From: Guillardia theta CCMP2712
Lineage: Eukaryota; Protista; Cryptophyta
Length of the DNA stretch: 64,000 nucleotides
Assembly: GCF_000315625.1 (NCBI RefSeq)
Contig: NW_005434654.1
Coordinates: 252,273 to 316,272 of the forward strand
Direction: 5' to 3'
The position numbers were made by a program, and so were the translations under genes. Under the pieces are notes generated by a model that did no database searches, was not told the DNA's origin, and saw nothing but the letters and a program-made list of their open reading frames with translations. Below are positions 1-11,201 of the stretch, piece after piece. Position 1 is the stretch's first letter; each line of letters starts with the position of its first letter.

Positions 1-1253
1 AGACGCTGTCTCAGCAGATCAATCTCCTCCATCTAACTTCCTCGCCTGTACATCAGAGAGGCTTCACTGTCTCTCCCTGTCTGTGACAGTAGACATCCAT
101 AAAGGTTCATACACTCAGAGTCCTTGGGATTGATCTCTAGCGCACTCCTAACATAGTGCCGCTCAACAACAAGGAACGTGAGAGAGTTCATACCGCAGAA
201 GAGCCTCCGCTTCCTTCCTCTTGCCGATCCCAACCTTGAGAGATGCCAGCACTGTCCTCGCTCCTGTGTGCTTCGGATTGAGCCACAACGCCCTCTGCAG
301 CTCACGGTCTCAGCGTCGCCCTTTTAGCCCCCCACACAAACTTTGAGAAGCTCGTCTGCCTTGAGGATGTCTCTCCCTTTCTTCTTGATGTACTCTGCCT
401 TCATCTGTCCAACAGTTCAGGTGCGGAGCATGGCGGCTCCTGCCAACCACCTGCGGGAGGTAGGAATGGATTTTCCTGCGTGTCCGATTCGCAGGATGAC
501 CGTGCTGCTGCTGCGCAGCCCCTATGACACCGGAGGAGTTTGATTGGAGCTTCAAGGATGAGACGTTTCTCTCAGTGGGGGGCCTGAGACCAGTACAGGA
601 GCGTCACGTATGCGAGGATCGACCTCCTCGCTTGTACTCCACGTTTTGGCTACCTCAAGACCAGGAACTCAGCATAGGCCACCAGCGGGAGCGAGTGATT
701 CTGAAAGAGATGGATGGCCCCGTTGAAGATTCGCTCAGCCTCTTCGTAGTCAGGGTCTTCCCTGAGCTTGAGATCAGCGAAAGTCAAGTGCAGGCTCGCA
801 GAAAGCTTGCCTGTGCCAAAGAATGCTGGCAAGGTTCAGCAGAGGAGCCAAAGAAGAGTTGAACGGTATCATCGAGCGGATGGCTCCCTCCGCCCCCGTC
901 AGGTTCTTCCAGTGCACTGCCTGGATGTATGCAAGGTTGTTCGCAGCTAGAGGAAGCCCTGGGGAGATGCGAAGGGCGTTCTCGTAGCATCGTGCTGCTT
1001 CCAGATAACGACCCTCGTTCATCCCGTCCTGGGCGGAGTTCAACCATGGCAGAAGACTTGAGTTGCCGCCCTCGATGTCGAGCTTGATGGTGGATACCGC
1101 CCCATCTTCGTCTTTCAAGTCTCCAAGGGGATACGCATGGAAGAATCCATGCTTCTGCCTCCGTCCTGCTAGGCTGGGCGCAGAAACATCAGCCGGCTCG
1201 AGACGCGAGATCGCGAGCACGAGCAAGAGCAGTCTTGCCGCCACGTGCTCCAT
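1..1253 (-). CDS. TPR-repeat protein with N-terminal signal peptide (multi-exon, runs off left edge)
   Basis: Hydrophobic leader MEHVAARLLLLVLAIS. TPR-like helices in successive exons: EAARCYENALRISPGLPLAANNLAYI, EEAERIFNGAIHLFQNHSLPLVAYAEFL, RHYVRSALEINPKDSECMNLYGCLL. Confidence 0.75.
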
Positions 1254-1497
1254 CGGGAGACGGGGAAGCATGCGAGAGGAGGACAGTGATCATATCATGT
1301 CGCCAGCTGCATGGCGCCGATCGCGTCGGGCGCGCTCCTCCTCGCTCTCCATTGCGCCTGCTCTGACTGCCGCAAACTTGTCTGCAGCCTCGATACTTAT
1401 TTACGCGGGGCAAGGGAAGCAGGCCTGGGGAGGGGAGGGGGAGGGGGAGGAGGCAGGAGAAGGTCATGGCGAGCTCTGTGGATGAAGGGAGGATGAG

Positions 1498-2817
1498 ATG
1501 ACGACCTCAGCAGCATGTAGCGGCAGGGCGAGGAGAGGAGACGCGGTGCGGCTCTCTTGCTTCAACCTCTCTCTGCCTGGAAGCCAGAGGAGCGAAGAAG
1601 AGGAGAGAGCAGGGGAGAGGCGGAGGCCATTGGTCGGGAGGCTGGTGAAGCCAGGAGTACTGAGATCCAGCTTCTCGTCCATTGAGTCAGAGGCGCACGC
1701 TGCGGCTGGGCATGCCAGAGCTTGCAAGCAGGAGAGAAGGTGCGTGTTTGTTCGAACCCGGACCGCTGCACAGTCCTTGAGCCCTACAAGGAGGCTCGAC
1801 CAGGCCGCAGGCCGCTTGCATGAGAGGGCAGGTCAGAGCCATGCACGGAAAGACGATGTGAGATCGCAGAACCAGAGGAGCCACCTGGATGGAAGTCGGC
1901 GAGCGAGAACGAGCCGGCCTGCCGCGGCTTCAAGGGAGGACGAGCAAGCGCTCGGTCAAGCTATGCAGGGAAGTCAGAGCAGGGAAGTGAGCATGAGACT
2001 GGAGCCCTTCAGAAGCAGCGAGATCATCCCGCACCGGCTGCTGGAGAGAGTTTCCATCCAAGGGTGTGGGCTAAACACCATCCCTCCTTGTATCGTCAGC
2101 TTGAAGCTGCTGACGTCGCTGGATTTGTCGTGGAATGGGATACGATCTCTGCCTTCGAGCATCAAGATGATGAAGGTACAAGCAAGGAGGTGTGATGCTG
2201 ACCAGCATGTCTTGAACTTCCTGCCAGTCTCTCCGTTGGCTGGACGTTTCCTTCAACTGCCTCACGCATGTGCCCGAGGTGATCCAGACTGGTCCTGCTC
2301 TCGTCGCTCACTGACAAGAGCTCCTCCTCGCAGGACATCGGCAAACTGACACAACTGCAGACCTTGAAGCTAGGCGACAACTTCCTGTACCGACTGCCAG
2401 CCTCGCTGGATGGACACTTCTTCCGGCTCAGCCAGCTGCACGCGCAGTACAACGATCTCTCAGTAGGTTGCGATGGAGGTGGCGAGGGATGTTGACGACA
2501 GACTTCAGCGAGTGCCGAGACAAATCTTTCAGATCCCGAGCTTGACATACCTGGATCTGCGGGGAAACTCGAAACTCCCGGGTATGATCCATCAAGCCAG
2601 CACGTCAACAGCAGATGTTGTAAGGGCATTGAGAGAGGAAGAAGGAGGTACGCGCAACTTGAGAGGGCGTGAGGGTTGACAAGCTGTCTTCACAGATATG
2701 TCGGCAAGGTCGTTGTCGGATGCCAACATCGTGCGCAAGCTCATCAGGGAAATGAGACCAAATCTGCTCGGGCTGTTCAATCGACTGTCAGCTGAAATCG
2801 ATGAGGACGAGCGGTGA
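1498..2817 (+). CDS. Leucine-rich repeat protein (multi-exon; start uncertain)
   Basis: LxxLxLxxNxLxxLP repeats across exons: LKLLTSLDLSWNGIRSLP, LRWLDVSFNCLTHVP, LTQLQTLKLGDNFLYRLP, LTYLDLRGN. Stop TGA at 2815-2817. Confidence 0.8.
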
Positions 2818-2887
2818 TTACGGATTGTGCTGAGAGCTCTACATGCAGGGATTGTACACGTCTCGCCATGCTCCGGGTACCTCTCCT

Positions 2888-3823
2888 TTACTTGTATAAT
2901 GATAGCGTAGAATCAGGATCAGTCGGAGCGAACTCTCCGATTGTAAGTGTAGACACTGGGTGGAAATGGACTGTCGGTAAATCAGCTTCTTGTAAATTTG
3001 AACCTTTTCGAAGTTTCTGCAAGGTCAAACAAGATCAGACACACGACAAGACTAGAGCTGAAGATACCTTAATGACGCCCCCAAGCGCTAGATTCTCGAT
3101 CGCCAGGATCAGGTTGATATAGGTGCCCTTGCTGCTGTCCGGCTCACACGGGGGGAGGTTGAGGCAGAGAGGGGTAGGGAGACGATGGGCAGGGACGATG
3201 CAGAGAGTTGTTTCAATGCCCTTCTCAAGTTTCAGGAGCTGAACAAAGGCTGACATGAAGCTGTCGTTCAATCTCGTCCGCGGATCGAACTCCGGCAGGT
3301 GCTGGTGCTCAATGTTGCTCGGGCCAAGGGAGGAGAAGTGGACTTTATCTTGGAGGCTGTCTGCTTTCGGGTTGAATCTCAAGCCGCATAGCAGATAGAC
3401 TTGTTTCACCTTAGATTTGTGTCATGCACCTCCACCCTCCCAACAGAAAAATCCTACCTCATCCTGTATGATCTTCTGCACCAGGCTGAGAGCTACCGAC
3501 GACGTGCTCTTCTCAACGATCTGTGAGTTGAGGCATATCAAAGACAGCACTGCTTCTCCGCTATCATTGTAAAATGTATCGACGTAGAGGTTAGCTAGAG
3601 GATCGACCCCCGCCCATGCTATCGCACAATCCCGCTGTACTCCGTTGTCATGGCGATACCACAGGGTCCCCGTTGATCCTGTCCTCCTTGCTTCCGGAAC
3701 TTCCTTGTTGAGGAGCTCTCTCAGGAGCATGACGGCCCGCGCGCCCGAGGAAGAGATGTCGGCATAGCCCAGCACTAGACATGGTGCAAGCGCAGTGTCC
3801 ACCCGAACGCCACCCGCCGCCAT
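2888..3823 (-). CDS. Hypothetical protein, possibly proteasome assembly chaperone (PAC1/PAC2-like), ending in HbYX-type motif LYK*
   Basis: Three exons (ORFs 3422-4027 from MAAGG, 3035-3409, terminal exon ...PDSTLSLYK*). Alpha/beta pattern (CLVLGY, VKQVYLLCG). C-terminal hydrophobic-Tyr-X. Confidence 0.45.
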
Positions 3824-4188
3824 GGCGCTGTTTGGTTGCAATCGAACTGAATCCTTTAAACCAGGGAGGAATTTTTCAAGAAAGTGTAATGAGTGGATTT
3901 CAATCGAATGAAATCGTGCTGGAGGCCATGCCGGACCACGATAAGGTCTGAGGAGGACGGGGAGAAGGAGCAGGAGGAAGAGAACGACGAAGACTAGTGC
4001 AAGGAGGACAAACAAGAGGAGAGACATGGAAGAAGCGCTCGATCGACACGGGAGGTGATATCGAGTGAGCTGAAGATGCGTGGATAGAAGGAATGCGGAA
4101 GTGGTCTCGAAGTTGAAGCAGCCAGTCTGAAGCAGCCAGGTAGACTTGGACTCAGAGGATCATCCAGCAGAAAATTGTATCATCAAAG

Positions 4189-5663
4189 ATGTTTGGTGGT
4201 AGAAGTTGTTCAATGGCGATGGTTGTCGTGGTTTTGGGGACGGTGGACTTGTCGTCGTCGTTCCGTATGCCACTGGTCGTTGAGCAAAGAATGCAACTGA
4301 GAGGAGGAGCTGAGAGGATGAGCGATGTGAAACAGATCGAGTTCTTCATGGACAAGTCAGAGCTGTCTTCTTTTCCTGGTGTACAGTCGGTCGCAGTGGT
4401 CGGCTCATGGGACGATTGGCAGGTGCAACAAAGTCTTAAGTATGTTTGGAAAATGACGGTGCTATAGAGCAAGACGGAGTTGCGGCAGGACGTACAGAGG
4501 TGATGCGGATGTTTTGTACTAGAGAGCAAACACGGTACTAGTGCGTGAGAAGAGAAAACTTACTGCGGGTCATGCAGGTGGGTAACAAGTCTGGATTTGG
4601 CACCTGGAGCTTACCAGTACAAGTTTGTCATCGACAAGGCAACATGGATTTGCTCTACTCAGGTGTGGGTAGAGTTCTTGCCATGTTTGTTCCCACTGAC
4701 TTGTCTTCTTTGCTCAGCAAACTTCCATCACAGCCAACGGATTCAAGAACAACGTGATTGAAATCAGCCAGCTGGGCGATCAAAAGGTGGTGCCCTTGCC
4801 CTAAGGCTCGAAATTCTGACCAAACCATGCAGGACGAGGGTGGAGATGAGGAACAGTCGATGGGTGAGAGTGAGAGGAAAGGTTGGCAAGAAGATGGTAT
4901 GCTGTTCGGAGTTGTACGGCCATTTGACATGAGGGTTGAAGGGATAGGAGTGTCAATGCAAGGAATGAGATCTGGGAGAGTGGAAGCATGGAAGAAGGAA
5001 GAAGCGAAGGAGGAGGAGGAGGAGGAGGAGAGATCATCAAGAGCAAGGTGACTGTGGTGAGAGGAAGAAGGTTTTCACTGATGGAGGAGCATCCCAGCAT
5101 GTTGGAGCGTAGGGAGCGCCTGAACAGTTTGAGGGCTCGACGAGACATGCTGCAATCTTTGGACGAGAAACTTTCGAAGCTGGAGAACAGGGTGAGCTGT
5201 TTTTCTTGTTGCCTTGCTATCACTTGGAACTTGTTTATTTCGATCTGACCAATTGCAAAAGAATAATGGCCTTCAGGCGGTGCAGAAGGTGGAGAGCGTT
5301 GAAGAAGAAAATTTGGGCTCGCTCAGCATATCTGATGATGATGTCGATGTTGATGGAGAGGAAGAGATCGATGTTGATGAAGAGATCGATGGAGATGAGC
5401 AAGAGCAAGAGAAAGAGCAAGAGCAAGAGAAAGAGCAAGAGAAAGAGAAAGAGCATCAGTATGGCAAACGACAAGATCAACAGCAGCAACTGAAGCAGCA
5501 ACACCACCACCACCACCAGCAGCAGCAGCAGCAACAACAACGACAACAACAACACCAGCACCAGCAGCACCAGCACCACCAGCACCAGCAGCAACACCAG
5601 CAGCAGCAACAACAACACCAGCAGCAACAACAACATCAGCAGCAACACCACCAGCAGCAACAC

Positions 5664-5726
<63 letters not shown>

Positions 5727-6160
5727 AATCAAAAGCTGCGGCTGCAACTGCAGCAAGACGATCAAAAACTTGCCGCGAAGGATGTTGCAGATGCCATCAA
5801 AGACCTTGATGAAAATGGGAATGGAGCAGAGAACAAGGAAATCGACGACGACGAAGCAGTCGGCACCCGTGAAGACAATGACGAGGATGTAGAGGATGGG
5901 GAGGAACCTTACAAGAACTTGTATTCACTTGAATCTTTATCATGTACTTTCTCTCTGAACCATGTCAAACAGAAGAAAGGATGGGAACGAGTCCCCGTCC
6001 AAAAAATGCATGTCGACGATAAAATCCCTTCTAGCACCCTCCAGGTCCTGAATTAATATTTTTTGCTACTGTTTCTGGGAATCAGTTATGATTGCGTCAA
6101 GAGCTGACTGTCTTCATTGTTTCACAGATTGGTTTTCGCTCTGATCTCAGCAGGAGGTGT
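4189..6160 (+). CDS. Signal-peptide protein with CBM48 (AMPK-beta-type starch/glycogen-binding) domain, coiled coil, acidic tract and polyQ/H tract (3' end uncertain)
   Basis: VAVVGSWDDWQ ... LAPGAYQYKFVIDKATW ... GFKNNVIEI across exons matches the AMPK1_CBM pattern. Leader MAMVVVVLGTVDLSSSF...QLRGG. Downstream ORF 5214-6056 is E/D- and Q/H-rich. Confidence 0.75.
5395..5760 (+). repeat. Coding microsatellite: GAGCAAGAGAAA units, then CAG/CAA/CAC triplets and (CAACAG)n encoding polyQ/H
   Basis: Directly visible. Translates as EQEKEQ... followed by QQHHHHHQQQ...Q. Confidence 0.95.
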
Positions 6161-6169
6161 GTCATGTGT

Positions 6170-9100
6170 TACATGATTGTTCCTGTCGCTGCTGTGGCTG
6201 TGATTGTGTCTGTTGCTGCCGCTGTTGTTATTATTTCTGTTGGAAATGATGGTGATAACGACGATGATGTTGATTTTGACAATGTTGTTGATGTTTTGAT
6301 GATCGGACGATTATGATCGCAGTCATTATCTTTCAACGGGCTTGAAGTCTCAACCGCCAAACTTCTGCTGAAACCTGTGAGTTGAAGAAAGCAGAGAGAG
6401 GGCCACGAGCAAGTGGCAAAAAGGCCAAGGAGCAGCAGAAGAGGAGAAGGCTGAAGCAAGCGAGGAGAAGGGCAGAAAGAAGAGGATGTTGATATAGCAT
6501 AAGGGTGTGGAACGTATTGAGAGGGCTAGGGAGGGAGAAAAGGAGCGAGGAAGAGGACCAGGAACGAGGAAGAGAAAGAGGACGAGGAAGAGGACGAGGA
6601 AGAGGACGAGGAAGAGGACGAGGACGAGGACCTCGATAATCTTGTGACAGGTCTTGATGGACTTGATAAATTCTTCCTCCTCCCGCCATTCACCCACCGC
6701 CAGCCCACCACTGAAGGATTGGAGATGGAGGAGGAGGATGCAAAACAATTGAGGAGGCGAAAGAGTTGAAAAAGTTGCATGGTTCGTGGAACAAGGAAAG
6801 GGACGGAGAGAAAGTGACGGAAGAAAGAAGACACGAAGAAGGAGGCAGGAAGAGCAGGGGGAGCAGGAGATGGAAAGAAATGAGCATCGGGACGACGAGC
6901 GAGGACGAGGACGAGGAGTGACAGTCAGTTCTCAAACGTGCACACCAGAGCATGGCAAAGTCTTCACCTCTTCCGACATGTAGGAAGGACGATCGGACAC
7001 TGCTGGAAGAATTCCTGGAGGCAGCTACAAGGAAGTTTCAGGGAAGTGCTGGGATTCAGGAGAAAGAGAAGCAGGAATGAGATGAGGGACGGTAAACACT
7101 TGAGAAAAGGTAGGAGGAGGAGGAGGAAAAGAAGGAAGAGGAGGAGACTACTTAGGGAGGAGGCGGGGAGGGGGAGAAAGGTGGGCGGAAAGAGGAAGGA
7201 GGGATCGACCTTGCAGCGGGGATGGTTGAATTGTCGTGCCCCAACTTTGAGAGTCCACGTCACCACCTCTCCTCTTCCGCCAGGACCTCTTCACCTTCAG
7301 TCGCCCTCCATGGACTCCCTCCAGCGCTTCCTCGACCTCCCTCCTCCCTCCCTCCCCTCCCTTGTGCAGCAGAATCCCGCGGGACGAAAGGAGACGCAAA
7401 ATCTTCACTCGAGACCCTGCAATGCCGCAGGTTTGCGCCTGTCAGGCCTGATCAGGAGGAGAGCTGGAGAGGAGCTGGGGAGGGGACCTGCTGGAGCAGG
7501 ATATCCTGCACTGCCAGCTCTGCTTGCTCGGGAGGAACTTGGGGAGGAAGGCGGACGCTGAGGTAGGCGGAGATCTGGGGGGGCGAGTGCCATGGCGAAA
7601 AGAGGGCGATGAGTTGAGAGTGAGGATAAGTAGAGGAAAATAAAATGTCAAACGTCTCACCGGCTGGTCCGAAGGTTGAGAGATGCCGTGGAAGGAGACT
7701 GAAGCTTGCATAAGCTTGGAAGGAATGTCGTCTGCTGACTTGATGGAGTCTTTGAGATCAAACCCTGCTAGCTGCTGTCACATGCCGAACAACAGAGTCC
7801 TTCACCATCGCACCTGAGAAGACTTCGTCGTCGAGGCTGACATGGCCCGCGGTATCATCCTCCGGAGCAGACGGGAGTGCAAGGTCAAGTTGGAGAGAGA
7901 GAAGGGGCTGGCCAGAGAGTGAGAGAGCTCGGGAGTGTTTGATCGGAAATGTTCAAGTTCACCACAATCATTCTCAACAGAACGTCACTCCTTCGGTCCA
8001 CCCCGTCGTCTCTATCCAGCAGGTAGCACGTGCACTTCCCTTCATCCCTCGCCCCTGCGTCTTCCAGCTGGAGTTGAAAATAGTGGATCAGACGTCTTCC
8101 AGCTAGTCCTGGACATGGAGGAGGAGGAGGAGGAGAAGGTAGAAGAGCAAAGGAGCAGACCGGGACGAGAGGATGGACGGCGATATTGAAGAAGTAAGGG
8201 AGGGAAAGGAGGAAACAGAGCGAGGACTGAGACAGCGAGCAGGAGCCGAAGGTTGAGTGAGGGCGTGAGAGTAACGGAGCCGAAGAAAAGTCAAGAAAGG
8301 AAGAGGAGGAGGAGGAGGAGGAGGAGGAGACTCACGGAGACGGAGAGGTAGAGCAGCCCCGGCAGCTCTTGAGCATGCAAGCTTCGATGTTGTCCGAAGG
8401 ATTGAAGGAGGAAAAGAGCAGCAACGTCGATGGCTGCAAGATATGCTCGTCTCCTGATGGAGCGGACGGGGACTTGAGAAACTTCTCCTTCACCTCCTCA
8501 AGTGTCCCCTGCATCGTCGGGCTGCCGATCTCAAAACAGCTATCGAAGATGATGACAACCTGCGAAGCCAGTTAGCATGAGAAGAAGGAAAGAAAAGGAG
8601 GAGAGGACGGGAAGGAGGAGAAGAAGGAAAAGGGAAGTGAAGAGTGAAAGAGGAGGAAAGGAGCGGAAAGGCAAAGATGGGGAAAGGCAAAGGGAAAGGG
8701 TTGAGGGATCTCACAGAGACTGGGAGGTCTCTTGCTGATGTTCGATATCTCTGTGTTCCAATTCAAAACTTCTTGCACCGGTTGACGTCATCATTCACCT
8801 CGATCACGCTCAACCATGCGACGATGTCACATTTTCCTCCCATCCTCCCGCTGAGCCTCTGCTTGAATGCATGAGGCATCGTCGCCGTGGCATGTTGTTG
8901 ATTTGATCACCTTGTCTTCGTGCAAAAGCAAGAAAGGATCCTGTTTCCATCCATCTTCTCTGTTTCAATCGTCAGTTTGCAATGCAACCAACTCCGTGTG
9001 TCACTCACGAGTATGCAGCCTTCACATCAAAGTGTAAGTGAACAAGAATCGGCTCTCTCTTTTTGCCTTTAAACATCGCAACAAGGTTTGGCGTCAAGTT

Positions 9101-10400
9101 CTTATTCGGAGATTTTCCCATGTTTGTCTGAAACGGAAGAGTCAATACATCTAGCATGCACTCCAATCGGACAGGATCTTGCTGGAGCACAGGTTGAAAT
9201 CTCAAATTTCATCTCCATCAAATCGAAACAGACTTGCTTCGATTAGTTGGTATCATGACAAAGCTATAAAAGGTTTCTTCTTTCTGAAACAAGCTTCTTC
9301 TTTCTAACACCACGAGGCGCATACAAGAAGCTCCAAACAAACAACCTGAAACGTTTCTGCACCCAGATCGTGACACCAAGCTTCTAACCAACTGAGCATT
9401 TTCCCGCATTCGGATCTTTGAGAATCATTGTCAAGGACTGTGAGATTATCGGGGAGAAGTTCCACGGGCCTACCTTCGCTGTCTTTCTGTGCTAACAGAC
9501 TGAATGGCAACAATTTCACGCAGTCTTACGGAAAACTTCAGACAACAGATGAGGCAGGCAGGGATCCAACCTGAGGATTGTTTCGCTCCTCCTGTAATCA
9601 AACAGGGCATCATCTTCTTCGTCGTTGGCATGTTGATGTTCAGCATGCGAGGCTTCCACTGCTTGCGGGTTTCTAAGGCGAACGCGCAGAAAGTTTTCTT
9701 GATGTAATCCAACGCTTTGTGGTCTATGGAAAAGATCCGGCAGGTCAGGAAAAGATCCGGCAGGTCACCCAAGGAGTAGTCGAGGATCAAGAAGAGACGT
9801 CAGCGGTTAGAAACATGGCAGATGTACGTTTCACCTCAAGTTAAATCGACATCTTCGGAATTGAACAATTCATCAGCCTTGAAGACCTCGGTCACCGGGG
9901 TGCTCACAATACTTTCATTGGGCAAACCTCTTGTAGGGATACGCTCTCTAATGACCTCCCGCAAATTTCTACAATCTCATCGCCCGGGAACAGCATGCTG
10001 GTGCATCAATGAGGACCTCGATGCTCCAGCACATGCATGGTTCGCTCACCAGGACGAAGATGCGATGCTGTTGACCTGGATATCACCTCAGACTCTTAAC
10101 TTGCTCGACCATTCCACACCCTCACCTTCACATTGGATACTTTGATCCTCGAGCCATCCTTCGACAGATTGATCCCAAAATCCTCTGCCTGGAACTCCAT
10201 CAACGCAATGCCCAGGGAAGATCAAGTACGAAACAGCATATTCCGAAACCAACCATTCTCATCCAAGTGCAAATCTTTGATACAAAGCAGCAACAAGCAC
10301 CTGGCTAGTGTAATCGGGATCTCGGTCTTAAATCACTTGATATGACAACATTACATGCATCATCGTCATCCCATCTTCGAATTTCTACACCGAAATCCTG
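6170..10400 (-). CDS. Large multi-exon hypothetical protein with N-terminal PDZ-like domain (extent uncertain; may be more than one gene)
   Basis: Splicing three exons, including a 26-nt exon at 10050-10075, gives EDFGINLSKDGSRIKVSNVK|VNSIASSSC|MLFPGDEIVEICGRSLESVSLQE, a PDZ pattern. Further minus-strand exons (9470-9790, 9218-9409, 9005-9205, 8332-8514, etc.) are separated by pyrimidine-rich introns. Confidence 0.5.
6576..6632 (+). repeat. (GAGGACGAGGAA)n 12-mer tandem repeat, probably intronic
   Basis: About four consecutive copies visible. Confidence 0.8.
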
Positions 10401-11201
10401 CTACAGTCCTGAGGCCTTGCTCATCAAACTTTGTACTCAACCTTTTCTTCAGCTCTCCCATCTTCTCCGTCCCTCTTAGCACTCATCCCCTCCCTCAGCT
10501 CCCCCATCTTCGTCTGTCGCTCCCTCCCTCCCTCTCCTCGTCTTCATGTCTCATTCTCATCATTGCTTCGTCGCCATTACCTTCATCTTGACCATCTCCG
10601 ACAAGGTTATGGACCCCACCTCACCATCTTCCATATGCTCTTCACCCCTACCCCCTCCATTCCATGAATATTAAAGGCCAAAATACCCCTATTTACAAAG
10701 AATGAATAATTCACACCGGTAGCCAAACGATTGTACCTCTACCCCTATAAATTGGCCACAAGCAATAGAAAAGTACCGGTGATGGAAACGTCCACCCCCA
10801 CCGTGGTTCATAACAGTTCTACAACCGGTACTACTTCCTTCTCCCCCGGCTCCCCTGCCGCCATCCGCCCGCCGGCTCTCGAGGAACCTTGCCGGCTCTT
10901 GGCCATCGCTCCATCTCAACAGCCCCGCTCCTCCTCCTCACAGCTCTCACCTCCCTCATCTTTGCGTCCAGGTTCTCATTTTCTACCATCCCTCTTGCGT
11001 CTTTCCCTGACGCTCAAACTATCAGAGGAAATCAGACCCGGGGCTCTGGCTCAACGAGGTCTTGTGCGACTCTGAAAGTGCACGAGTAGATGTGTTGAGG
11101 AGCACTGAAAACAATTGGTTGCCAGGTGATTGAACATGCACTTGTTCTGATCTTCTTATTGATGCTGCCTGTCCAGCACTGTATTTATTGCATTGGCGAC
11201 G

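Noticed and set aside
5235-5765. Poly-Leu/Val membrane-like ORF on the minus strand
   Set aside because: Antisense reading of the CAG/CAA polyQ repeat.
9730-9770. Direct repeat GAAAAGATCCGGCAGGTCA x2
   Set aside because: A single local ~20-bp tandem duplication; no evidence that it marks a mobile element.
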